A stretch of DNA of 64,000 nucleotides from Candidatus Latescibacterota bacterium (GTDB lineage Bacteria; Latescibacterota; CBDEFO01): NCBI GenBank assembly GCA_965237525.1, contig CBDEFO010000008.1:1888001-1952000 (forward strand), in the 5' to 3' direction. The stretch's first letter is position 1, and every line of letters starts with the position of its first letter. This document shows positions 28,368-37,689 of this stretch, piece after piece. The notes beneath the pieces were generated by a model, which searched no databases, was not told where the DNA came from, and saw only the letters and a program-made list of their open reading frames with translations. The position numbers and the translations under genes are program-made.

Positions 28368-29093
28368 TTAATACAGACGCAGTATTGCCGTAGAAATCGG
28401 CCACAGCCAAGTCATTATCTCCATCTCTATCGAAATCCACACTGAATACTGAATTGGGAGCATCCCCGGCAGCATAGTCCACCTTAGGTGAAAATGTGCC
28501 ATCTCCATTATTCAAGGACACTGACACAGTATTGGCGAACCTATTGGCCACAGCTAAATCGTTATATCCATCGTCATCTAAATCTGTGCAGAAGACCGAT
28601 GCAGGAGCGTCCCCAGCAGGATAGTCTACTTTATTCGCAAATGTCCCGTCTCCATTATTGGACAACACAGATATATTATCGCTGAGCCAGTTAGCCACAG
28701 CCAGATCATAGTCTCCATCGTCATCCAGATCTGCGCTGAAGAGCGAGGCCGGGGTAGCACCAGCAAGATAGTCTGCCTTGGCTGTAAATGTTCCGTCTCC
28801 GTTGTTGAACAGGACAGACACATTGTCGTTGTTGAGATTGGCCACAGCCAGGTCATTATCTCCATCGCTATCAAGATCTGCGCTGAAGATCTATACCGGA
28901 CGATCGCCAACGGGGTAGTCAGTCCGGATTCCGAAAATAGCCTGTGCAGAGGCAGGCGCGTTCAAAGCGAGCGATAGCACCAGAGTAGCATATGGGATAG
29001 TTCGACTCATTTTGATGATCTACTTGTTGGTATAGTGCTCACCATTGTGTGGAACTCCAGGCCTTGGTCCTTGGTAATCGATATTTCTTGGAT

Positions 29094-30239
29094 TTATCCA
29101 GCCCTGCCGAAGTTATCCAAGAAGATCACAAAGTCGGACAGACCGACATCCCCATCATCGTCCAAGTCAAATGCAGGATCCCAATCGGCTGAAGTGGTTG
29201 TTGCCCCAAACACATCCAGAAAACGGACAAAGTCGGAAAGTCCTACTTCACTGTCCCCATCGAAATCACCTACAAGGCCGGGGACGCCAACAGGGATATC
29301 GGAGAGATTTAACAGAACTGAAATGTAATCCATGAGGCCAGAGTTAGCCACAGCCAGGTCGTTATCTCCATCTCCATCTAAATCTGCCGCGAATAGTGAT
29401 ACGGGAGTATATCCAGCGGGATAGTTTAGCTTAGGTGCGAATGTGCCATCTCCGTTATTCATCAATATTGACACATTGTCACTTCCCCCATTAGCTACAG
29501 CTAGATCACTATCGTCATCTCCATCTAAATCTGCAACGAATACTGATTTCGGGTAACGCCCAACAGCATACTCCATGTTGCTTGGAAAGGTCCCATCGCC
29601 CTTATTCAATAGCAGGGATACACTGTGCCTGGAGTAGTTAGGCACAGCCAGATCATTGTCTCTATCCCCATCCAAATCTGCAGCGAATACCGAAGAACCT
29701 CCGCTGATATCGTAGTCAGTCCTTGGCGCGAAAAGACCGGTGCGAGTAACGATTTCTATGGTCTTTTCGGCTACCGATGTAATTCCAGGTTCATATGATT
29801 TGAATTCTCCCTTAATGGTATAGGTTCCTTCAGGTAGTGTTTCACTTTTGAGACATCCCCAATTGTCTTCTGTGCATTCGTCTAATTTCCACATAAATAG
29901 AAAGGCGGTTTCACCGGGTTTAAGCTCCACCTCTGTTATTAGATCACAATGTGTACCAGGAGGGATTATGAACCTTCTCCCGGAAGAATCAAAATAGGAT
30001 AGAGTACAAGCCTCGTAAAATGGATTAAATATATACGATACTTTGCCCGTATTTTTTATCATAATTTCTACTGGTTCTCCAACATTGTGAGTATCGCTGA
30101 TAGCAAATTGTATATCTGAAGTGACGCTATCTATCTGACTTTTCGCTCCCGTGTTGCCGGTCGCCCAGATGTCCACATATAAATACTGATTTAGAGCAAC
30201 CGATAGCACTATAACAGTAAAGAAGATCTTTCGATTCAT
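29094..30239 (-). CDS. secreted FG-GAP repeat protein with dockerin-like EF-hand tail
   Basis: Signal peptide, ADLDGDGDNDLAVAN repeats, GDFDGDSEVGLSDF..DLDDDGDVGLSDF. Confidence 0.85.
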   Translation of the reverse strand: MNRKIFFTVIVLSVALNQYLYVDIWATGNTGAKSQIDSVTSDIQFAISDTHNVGEPVEIMIKNTGKVSYIFNPFYEACTLSYFDSSGRRFIIPPGTHCDLITEVELKPGETAFLFMWKLDECTEDNWGCLKSETLPEGTYTIKGEFKSYEPGITSVAEKTIEIVTRTGLFAPRTDYDISGGSSVFAADLDGDRDNDLAVPNYSRHSVSLLLNKGDGTFPSNMEYAVGRYPKSVFVADLDGDDDSDLAVANGGSDNVSILMNNGDGTFAPKLNYPAGYTPVSLFAADLDGDGDNDLAVANSGLMDYISVLLNLSDIPVGVPGLVGDFDGDSEVGLSDFVRFLDVFGATTTSADWDPAFDLDDDGDVGLSDFVIFLDNFGRAG

Positions 30240-30294
30240 AGTGATTCTCTTTCCAGCTAGATAGTCCACAGAATTCTGCACAGCACTGACCTCC

Positions 30295-30486
30295 TCAGAA
30301 CCAATGCAGTTTCTCCCCCAGAACGTTCTCGAATATATTCAACGCTCTGTCCAGATCTTCATCTCTATGGGCCGGTGACAGGTAGGTCTTACCTCCGGGA
30401 GTCACGAAGAGGTCTCTCTTTAGGAGTTCTATCCGAAATCTCCGGGCCTTATGGGCGTCCGCCTTCAGATAGGACTCCCAATCCAC
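30295..30486 (-). pseudogene. C-terminal fragment of class III aminotransferase (GSA-like)
   Basis: YLSPAHRDEDLDRAL tail with no N-terminal part. Confidence 0.45.
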
Positions 30487-30509
30487 TCGGTCTCTCCTGT
30501 ATTTGACGG

Positions 30510-31188
30510 TCAGGCATCAGTTTTGTAGAAACTCTCTATAGCCTTGACAGCCTCCTGGGGTGTCTCGACTATCTGGAATATATCCATATCCTCAGGAGAA
30601 ATATACTTCTCCGTCAAAAGGACTTTCTTCATCCAATCTACAAGACCGTTCCAGTATTCTCCTCCCATAAGGATTACGGGAAAGTTGTGTATCCTTTCAG
30701 TCTGAATCAAGGTTGTAGCTTCGAAGAATTCATCCAGTGTTCCCAAACCGCCCGGAAATATGACGAATGCCGAGGCGTACTTCACGAACATGGTCTTGCG
30801 GGAGAAGAAGTATCTGAACGATAACAGGGTCTCGATGTAGGGATTCGGCTTCTGCTCTGAGGGAAGTTCTATGTTCAAGCCGATGGACTTTCCCCTTTGT
30901 CCCTAACGCTCCTTTGTTGGCCGCCTCCATAATCCCCGGCCCACCACCCGTTATCACGGCGTATCCGGCCTGAGCAAAGAGCTGTGCGGTTTCTTCTGCT
31001 TTTTTGTAGAACTTGCTGTCTTCTGGAGTCCTGGCAGATCCGAAGATTGTGACTGCGGGTCCTATCTTTGAGAGATCCTCAAATCCCTCCACAAACTCCG
31101 CCACTATCCTGAAGATCCGCCACGTATCGTCTTGGGTGAAGCTGGAACTCGTGTCTCTGTCCAGGCTCGTATAATCATCTGATCTCAT
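30510..31188 (-). pseudogene. LOG family (TIGR00730) protein, frameshifted
   Basis: FGSART, TGGGPGIMEAAN, then +1 nt near 30890 (AAAGGGGAAAG), then NIELP..FPGGLGTLDE; may be a sequencing error. Confidence 0.8.
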
Positions 31189-31222
31189 CTTATCTCCTTG
31201 AAAAACATAAGGGGTCCCCTCA

Positions 31223-31327
31223 GTCAGACAGGAATGTCTGACCCACCACAAAGTGTGTTGATAATATGGTTGGTAGGGCAGTCCCCGATTGAGTCTATCG
31301 GGGATTCAATCGGGGATTTGTCTGTCC
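31223..31327. repeat. REPIN-like element with nested palindrome
   Basis: gtcagacaggaatgtctgacccacc...ggtagggcag tccccgattgagtctatcggggattcaatcgggga tttgtctgtcc. Confidence 0.8.
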
Positions 31328-31373
31328 ATTTGCACATCACACGGGAGTGTCTGACTCTTCTTGGGGAAAAGGT

Positions 31374-34058
31374 TCAATGCGCCTCCAACCAGCTGTCTCC
31401 GACTCCCACTTCCACCTTTATCGGCACAGAAAGTTCATATGCCCCTTCCATGTCCTCTACAATTAAGCGCTTTGCCTCCTCCACCTCATCTTTGGGGGTC
31501 TCAAAGACGAGTTCGTCGTGAACCTGAAGTATCATCTTAGTTCTCAGGTTCTCCTTTTTGATCCTTCTGTGGATGTTGATCATCGCGATCTTTATGATGT
31601 CTGCGGCTGTTCCCTGAATAGGCGTGTTGATAGCTGTCCTTTCGGAAACTTCTCGAATCCTTGCATTGGAACTCTTGATTTCAGGAAGATACCTCCTCCT
31701 GCCCAGAAGCGTGGTTACATATCCCTTTTCTTTGGCATCCTGAATCGTCTGATCGAAGTATCTTTTGACTCCCGGATAGACCGCAAAGTAACTGTCTATA
31801 AAATCCTGCGCCTCCTTTTGGCCTATTCCCAACTGTCTGGACAGCCCGAAGGCAGTCTGTCCGTAAATCGTGGCGAAGTTGACGGTCTTTGCCTGCGCCC
31901 TCATCTCGGGGGTCACTAACTCCGGGAATACGTTGAACATAAGAGAAGCTGTCTTCTGATGAACGTCTTCATCTCTTTTGAAGGCCTCTATGAGGGCGTC
32001 GTCCCCTGAAAAGTGCGCCATGACCCTCAGCTCGATCTGAGAATAATCTGCCGACATCAAGACCCACGATCTGTCCTCCGTAATGAAGGCCTGTCGAATC
32101 CGTCTTCCTATATCCGTGCGTATGGGTATGTTCTGGAGATTGGGGTCTGAGCTTGAGAGCCTGCCCGTGGCAGCAACGGTCTGGTTGAAAGACGTGTGTG
32201 TCCTTCTGGTCTCTAAATTGACCAATTTGGGCAGGGCGTCAACGTAGGTGGATTTCAATTTGGATAGCTGCCTGTAATCCAGAAGCAATTTGGGCAGTCT
32301 GTGTTCCTCTGCAAGTTCTTCCAAAACATCTACATCGGTGGAATAGCCAGTTTTCGTCTTCTTACCGGGGGGCAGTTTAAGCTTCTCAAAGAGGATATAG
32401 GAAAGCTGTTGAGTCGAATTGATATTGAACTTTTCGTCCGCTTCCTCGTATATCCTCTCCTCCAAGTTTTCAAGACCCGTCTTCAGCTCCTCGGACATCT
32501 CCTTTAAGAAGTCTATATCCACCGAGACACCCGACATCTCCATATCCACCAGGACATCCACCAGGGGCATTTCTATCTTAAAAAAGAGTTCTTCGAGGCC
32601 CTTCTCCCTTAGCTCATTGGACAGAACGCTCTTCAGTCTTAACGTTATATCAGCATCCTCTGATGAGTAATCGCGGGCTGTATCTACAGGCACCTTGGCA
32701 AAGCTTATCTGCTTTTTCCCTGTCCCTATCAGATCGGAAATCGGCGTCATCTTATAGCCGAGATACCGCATGCTCAACGAATCTAAGCTGTGCTGGCGGG
32801 ATGAAGGGTCTATAAGATAAGCGGCTATCATAGTATCGAAAGTGAAGCCCACAGAATCTATGCCGTATCTTTTCAGGACGGTAATATCGTATTTTACGTT
32901 CTGGCCCAACTTTTCGATTTTGGGATCTTGCAGGATCGGCTTTATCTTCTCTAATGTTAATTCTATGTCTACGTTGCCGCCCTCTTCGTGCCCTAAAGGT
33001 ATATAGAAGCCCTCTTTCTGCTTCAGCGACACGGATATTCCCAGTATCTCAGCCTGCATCGCATCCACGCCAGTGGTCTCTACGTCTATGCAAAATACCC
33101 CTTCTTTTTCTATCTTCTTCAGCAGACGCTTAAGTCCGTTCTCATCCACCGTCCTGTAGTCGGCATCTTCTGCTCTTTTTTCCTTGGCTATCTCGACCAG
33201 AAACCTGTTAAACTCAAGCTCTTTGAAAACCTCTCTCAGCGCCTCAAAATTGAACTGGTTGCGCTTCAGATCCTCTATTTTGTACTCTATGGGAACATCC
33301 GTTTTTATCGTCACGAGCTCTTTGGCTCTGGTCGCATCGTCTCTTTGCTGGTTTATGTTTTCTCTAACTTTCCTTTTACTTATGGCGTCGGCGTTTTTTA
33401 AAACCTCTTCAAGGCTCCCATATTCTACGATCAATTCTAAGGCCGTCTTGGGGCCTATTCCCGAGATTCCGGGGACGTTGTCCGACGAATCGCCCACCAG
33501 ACTTAAGATATCCACCACCCTATCGGGTCCTACGCCCATCTTTTCTAAGACAGCCTGTTTATCCATCAGTTCGGTCTCTTTGCCTCCTTTTGGCAGATTC
33601 ATAATCTTAACGTTATCAGAGACCAACTGCATAAAATCCTTGTCCCCCGTTACCAGAATAACCTCTATATCCTCCTTTTGTGCCCTTTTGGCCAGGGTTC
33701 CCATAATGTCGTCCGCTTCGAATCCCTCAAGCTCTAAGACGGTTATCCTCATTCCCTCCAATATCTGATATATCCTCGGCAGTGAGGCGCTCATCTTGTC
33801 CGGCATCTTCTGGCGGGTTGCCTTGTATTCCTTATACATCTTATGTCTGAAGGTAGGAGAGGGAGTGTCAAACACGACAGCTATATAATCTGGATCTTCA
33901 TCCTTTAAAAGCTTGATCATAGTCGATGTAAAACCGAAGGGGGCAGATGTATCTTCCCCCTTGGAAGTTGTCAGAGGTTCCCTGGAGGAAATACCATAGT
34001 ACGATCTATACGCCAGTGCCGAGCCATCTATTAGAAAGAGCCGTCTCCTTTTGTCCAT
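31374..34058 (-). CDS. polA: DNA polymerase I
   Basis: 5'-3' exonuclease (LIDG, EADD, GDKD), 3'-5' exonuclease DVETTG, TGRLSS, DYSQIELR, QVHDEL. Confidence 0.98.
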   Translation of the reverse strand: MDKRRRLFLIDGSALAYRSYYGISSREPLTTSKGEDTSAPFGFTSTMIKLLKDEDPDYIAVVFDTPSPTFRHKMYKEYKATRQKMPDKMSASLPRIYQILEGMRITVLELEGFEADDIMGTLAKRAQKEDIEVILVTGDKDFMQLVSDNVKIMNLPKGGKETELMDKQAVLEKMGVGPDRVVDILSLVGDSSDNVPGISGIGPKTALELIVEYGSLEEVLKNADAISKRKVRENINQQRDDATRAKELVTIKTDVPIEYKIEDLKRNQFNFEALREVFKELEFNRFLVEIAKEKRAEDADYRTVDENGLKRLLKKIEKEGVFCIDVETTGVDAMQAEILGISVSLKQKEGFYIPLGHEEGGNVDIELTLEKIKPILQDPKIEKLGQNVKYDITVLKRYGIDSVGFTFDTMIAAYLIDPSSRQHSLDSLSMRYLGYKMTPISDLIGTGKKQISFAKVPVDTARDYSSEDADITLRLKSVLSNELREKGLEELFFKIEMPLVDVLVDMEMSGVSVDIDFLKEMSEELKTGLENLEERIYEEADEKFNINSTQQLSYILFEKLKLPPGKKTKTGYSTDVDVLEELAEEHRLPKLLLDYRQLSKLKSTYVDALPKLVNLETRRTHTSFNQTVAATGRLSSSDPNLQNIPIRTDIGRRIRQAFITEDRSWVLMSADYSQIELRVMAHFSGDDALIEAFKRDEDVHQKTASLMFNVFPELVTPEMRAQAKTVNFATIYGQTAFGLSRQLGIGQKEAQDFIDSYFAVYPGVKRYFDQTIQDAKEKGYVTTLLGRRRYLPEIKSSNARIREVSERTAINTPIQGTAADIIKIAMINIHRRIKKENLRTKMILQVHDELVFETPKDEVEEAKRLIVEDMEGAYELSVPIKVEVGVGDSWLEAH

Positions 34059-34138
34059 GATCTGAACATCCTTTTTAAGGAAAAGATTTCCTTGATAATT
34101 TACGAGTAATTAGCTATTATCTTATACGACATGAAGGT

Positions 34139-34236
34139 GGGAATGGCTGAGTCACTGGTGGGCTTCGCGGACTTCAAATCCGTTGCGGCGTACTAACACT
34201 GCGCTGGGTGGGTTCGATTCCCACACATTCCCGCCA
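34139..34236 (+). tRNA. selC: tRNA-Sec (UCA)
   Basis: GCGGA-CTTCAAA-TCCGT anticodon arm, long variable arm, GTGGG-TTCGATT-CCCAC T arm, GGGAATG/CATTCCC acceptor, G73-CCA. Confidence 0.92.
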
Positions 34237-34368
34237 AAGAGATAGTAGCCCCCGCTCCCCCCTGATAGATTCAATCGGGGGTAGACAGGGTGGTCTCTCC
34301 TCCCTATTCAACATCAATGTCCCCACGGTGACCGAAGGGACACTGATCACCTGATTGGTTATTCCCTC

Positions 34369-35166
34369 TTAGAAACTGAGTGTGAAGTTCACTCCGATAT
34401 TGCCTGGAGCTAGGGTCGGGAACCAGGTGATGTACTGCTTTCCAGAGACGTTCTCTGTTCTGGGTACAACACTGCAGCCGACAATGTAACCGAGCCCTGC
34501 ACCGGCTACTACGTCGCTTAAGAAATGAGCATTCTTTGCAAGTCGGGAAAAGCCTACAAATGCTGCCGTGGCATAGGCGGGGATGGCGGCTTTGTGCCCA
34601 TAGTGATGGCCCACCACCGCCGCCCACATAAAGGAGTTGGAAGCGTGTCCGGAGGGGAAAGAAAGGTTGTCGTTGCCGTTGGGCCGTCGGCGGCCAATGC
34701 CAAGTTTGATGCTTCCTGTCAAAGCGCTGTTGAGCACATAGCCTTGTGCCAGCGAAAAAGACATAGAGCGGAAGCGGCTGTTCTCATATAAGTTACTGAT
34801 TAACAGAAGGCTGCCGAAAGTTGTACCTAAAAGAAGGCGCCTGCCTAAGATTCTGCCCACTTCGCCTACACTCTCGAGTCGCTCTTGAACATCGTCATCA
34901 AGCATGGAGGCGACGCCAGTGCCGCTCGAACTGACCAATAGCGGGGTTAAATTTGGGTACGAGAAGAGATCTCGAAAGTTCTTGACCAGTTGATAAGGGA
35001 AATCTTTCAAAGTGGGTCTTGGTAGCGATTGATTAGTTTGAGCAGTAGACGCTTCTTCAGCCTTCTGACTGAGGAGTTTGAGTTTAAGAGTGTTGGCCCA
35101 GGTATAAGGGCTATTCCAGCTTAAGGCGATTGCCAGAAAGATGAGGCTTAAGCGTGTCCTGCACAT
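34369..35166 (-). CDS. PAP2 family phosphatase
   Basis: K..GRRRP, SFPSGH, SRL..AHFLSDV. Confidence 0.88.
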   Translation of the reverse strand: MCRTRLSLIFLAIALSWNSPYTWANTLKLKLLSQKAEEASTAQTNQSLPRPTLKDFPYQLVKNFRDLFSYPNLTPLLVSSSGTGVASMLDDDVQERLESVGEVGRILGRRLLLGTTFGSLLLISNLYENSRFRSMSFSLAQGYVLNSALTGSIKLGIGRRRPNGNDNLSFPSGHASNSFMWAAVVGHHYGHKAAIPAYATAAFVGFSRLAKNAHFLSDVVAGAGLGYIVGCSVVPRTENVSGKQYITWFPTLAPGNIGVNFTLSF

Positions 35167-35275
35167 AAGCTTCTGTCTCCTGATTATTTCGTTTACAAAA
35201 GCGAGAATCCAAAAACGTCATAATCTAATATACAAATAACTTCCCTTTATTGCAAAGATTTTGTCCTCGTATTAA

Positions 35276-36795
35276 AAGCCTTGTGAAAAACCCTTAGATA
35301 TCAGAAAGTAGTATAGAACAAGCATTGATAAAGCAGCTCCGATGTATTATATTATGTTATTGATAATATTATACATGGAGGAAACAATGACCCCACAAGA
35401 GCAGGAACAGACAAATCCGATGTTTCACTATTTTCAGATGGAGGATTTAGTTCCCGAGGATCATATCCTTCGTCAGATTGATGAGGCAGTTGATTTTTCA
35501 TTTGTACGAGACGTTGTATCAGATTGTTATTGCCCTGACAATGGCAGACCCGGTATTGATCCTGAATTAGTTGTTCGAATGATCCTTATTGGCTATCTGT
35601 ATAATTTGAGTGAGAATCGGCTCTGTCAGGAAGTGGGGATGCATGCGGCATATCGGTTGTTTTGTCATCAGACATTTGATGATGCGGTTCCGGATAGGAG
35701 CACGATCAACAAGCTTCGCAATCACAAGTGGGCATCCAGTGGGTTGTTTGAACGGATAATGCGTCAGGTAGTCCAGTGTTGCATAGATGTCGGTGTTGTG
35801 AGCGGTAAACACCTTAGTGTCGACGGCACTCAGATACAAGCTGATGCTTCAGTGAAAAGTATTGAGCCGATAGAACCCCCTGTTTCTCTTGATGATTATC
35901 TCAAGGGAATCGGTTTTGAAGGTGATAAGACAAAGGGTAGGTCCGGGCATCCTCAGGATAAAGACTTTCATGGTGAAAAGTGGACGAACCAAACACACCG
36001 TTCGACTACAGACCCCGACGCGCGCTTATACAGCAAATCGAAGGGCAAAGGGGCTTTTCTCTCGTTTATGGGCCATGATCTGATCGACACAAAAAGCAGA
36101 GTAATCCTTGAGACTCAGGGCACGCAGGCGACAGGGACAGCAGAGCCCGAAAGTGCCCTTAAGATGGTAGATGACCTTGAAACATACACCATGCCCAAAG
36201 ACATTCAGACACTTAGTGCCGATACCGGTTACGGTTCTGGTAATTTTATCGCTGATGTACTTGACCGGGGAATCATACCCCATATTCCTCTGCGAGCCGA
36301 TGAGAAGATTGAACCGATTCCTACATGGAAAAACAAGACAAATTCAGCACATATTCAGGCCGAACGGGATAGAAAAGTGCGAGAGGCAAAAGCCAGAAAT
36401 CATGCACGGTCTATCTCATTAACAGCTGACTACAAACTCTCCCGGAGACTCCGTAAACGCAGTGAACATATCTTTGCTGAAGCCAGGCAACAACACGGTA
36501 TGGGACGAGCCCGTTACAGAGGACCAGCCTCACTGAATGAACAGTTGAATCTTGTTGCAACAGTACAGAATCTCAAGAGGCTTGTATCTTTCATAAGAAG
36601 GGGGAAAGCGTCTATGTGTGCCCTGTCTGTCAAAGACAGTGCATCCTGTTCTTCAAACAGCTCCTATTCCTTGCTGACCAGAACTCTGATAAGACTATTT
36701 TGCTTATTCCACAGCAAAACGATACGATATGCTACTCTTTGACCCATAATCGGCGCTTCAGACGCTGCCTGGGACATAACTATTTCACAAGGCTT
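35276..36795 (+). mobile_element. IS1182-family element, copy 2 (1520 bp)
   Basis: Same IRs; TTAA duplication at 35272-35275 and 36796-36799. Confidence 0.92.
35387..36742 (+). CDS. IS1182-family DDE transposase
   Basis: Near-identical to the other copies; GGAGG RBS before ATG 35387. Confidence 0.9.
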   Translation: MTPQEQEQTNPMFHYFQMEDLVPEDHILRQIDEAVDFSFVRDVVSDCYCPDNGRPGIDPELVVRMILIGYLYNLSENRLCQEVGMHAAYRLFCHQTFDDAVPDRSTINKLRNHKWASSGLFERIMRQVVQCCIDVGVVSGKHLSVDGTQIQADASVKSIEPIEPPVSLDDYLKGIGFEGDKTKGRSGHPQDKDFHGEKWTNQTHRSTTDPDARLYSKSKGKGAFLSFMGHDLIDTKSRVILETQGTQATGTAEPESALKMVDDLETYTMPKDIQTLSADTGYGSGNFIADVLDRGIIPHIPLRADEKIEPIPTWKNKTNSAHIQAERDRKVREAKARNHARSISLTADYKLSRRLRKRSEHIFAEARQQHGMGRARYRGPASLNEQLNLVATVQNLKRLVSFIRRGKASMCALSVKDSASCSSNSSYSLLTRTLIRLFCLFHSKTIRYATL

Positions 36796-36889
36796 TTAAG
36801 ATCGTGCAAAAAGTGGTTGTTATACTCCAAGTTTATTGTTATCTTAACTACTATGTCTATAATAAGATAAGTCAAAGGGACAACTGCCT

Positions 36890-37663
36890 ATGGAGGGCCT
36901 TGAGCTTTTCAGGATCGGTTTTCTGCCTATACGGGTAATAGACATAGTGGACATATTGGCTATCGCCTACGTCTGCTATTACATTTTTGCGCTTTTGCGA
37001 GGTACAAGAGCGGCCCAGATGATCGTGGGGCTGATCGTTTTGCTTATTGCTTCGTTTGTGACTGACAGCGTGAACATGAGTGGGCTCTCGTGGCTCTTGT
37101 CGCATCTCCGGACGGCTTGGGTGTTCGCTATCATAATCTTGTTTCAACCTGAGTTGCGGCGGATGCTGATCCGTCTGGGACAGAGCAGGGCGATGAGGCT
37201 ATTCTACAGAGTGCAGGAGAGTCGCGTTGTGGATGAGGTAGTAAATGCCTCAAGGGTATTGTCGGAGCGGGAATACGGGGCTCTTATTGTCATAGTCAGG
37301 GACGTAGGCATAGCCGCCATTATTGAGACAGGCGTGCCGATTCAGGCAGAACTGTCGGCTGACCTTTTGACCACCATATTCACGCCGAGGTCGCCCCTCC
37401 ACGACATGGCGAGTGTGATACAGGGGAATCTCGTAGTGGCCGCAAAATGTGAGCTTCCCCTCTCTCAAAGTGCGATTATAGATAGATCGATGGGAACCCG
37501 GCACAGAGCGGCGTTGGGACTCTCAGAGGAATCAGATGCTGTTGTTATCATGGTATCTGAGGAGACGAGCCAGATATCCATAGCGGTGGATGGCAAATTC
37601 ATAAGGAATCTGAGCCCGGAACAGCTAAAGGACGAGTTGATAAGGCTCGTGGACAGAAGATAG
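36890..37663 (+). CDS. cdaA: diadenylate cyclase (membrane-bound)
   Basis: Three TM helices, FQPELRR, GALIV, SPLHD, GTRHRAA, VSEET. Confidence 0.93.
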   Translation: MEGLELFRIGFLPIRVIDIVDILAIAYVCYYIFALLRGTRAAQMIVGLIVLLIASFVTDSVNMSGLSWLLSHLRTAWVFAIIILFQPELRRMLIRLGQSRAMRLFYRVQESRVVDEVVNASRVLSEREYGALIVIVRDVGIAAIIETGVPIQAELSADLLTTIFTPRSPLHDMASVIQGNLVVAAKCELPLSQSAIIDRSMGTRHRAALGLSEESDAVVIMVSEETSQISIAVDGKFIRNLSPEQLKDELIRLVDRR

Positions 37664-37689
37664 ACAGACGGATTCTGGAAAAGTTTGCA

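Larger units (their letters stand above)
25895..29010 (-). pseudogene. secreted FG-GAP/VCBS repeat protein with dockerin-like EF-hand tail, interrupted
   Basis: ATG at 29010 with signal peptide; in-frame TAG at 28891-28893; IS at 26849-28367, whose removal with one TTAA restores ..SVLMNNGNGTF.. Confidence 0.85.

Noticed and set aside
28891..28893. Amber read-through or recoding in the FG-GAP gene
   Set aside because: The same gene is IS-disrupted, TAG serves as a normal stop elsewhere, and no pyl genes are seen; a simple nonsense mutation is more likely
30885..30900. Programmed -1 frameshift in LOG at a slippery-looking AAAGGGG/GGGAAAG
   Set aside because: The required correction is +1, not -1
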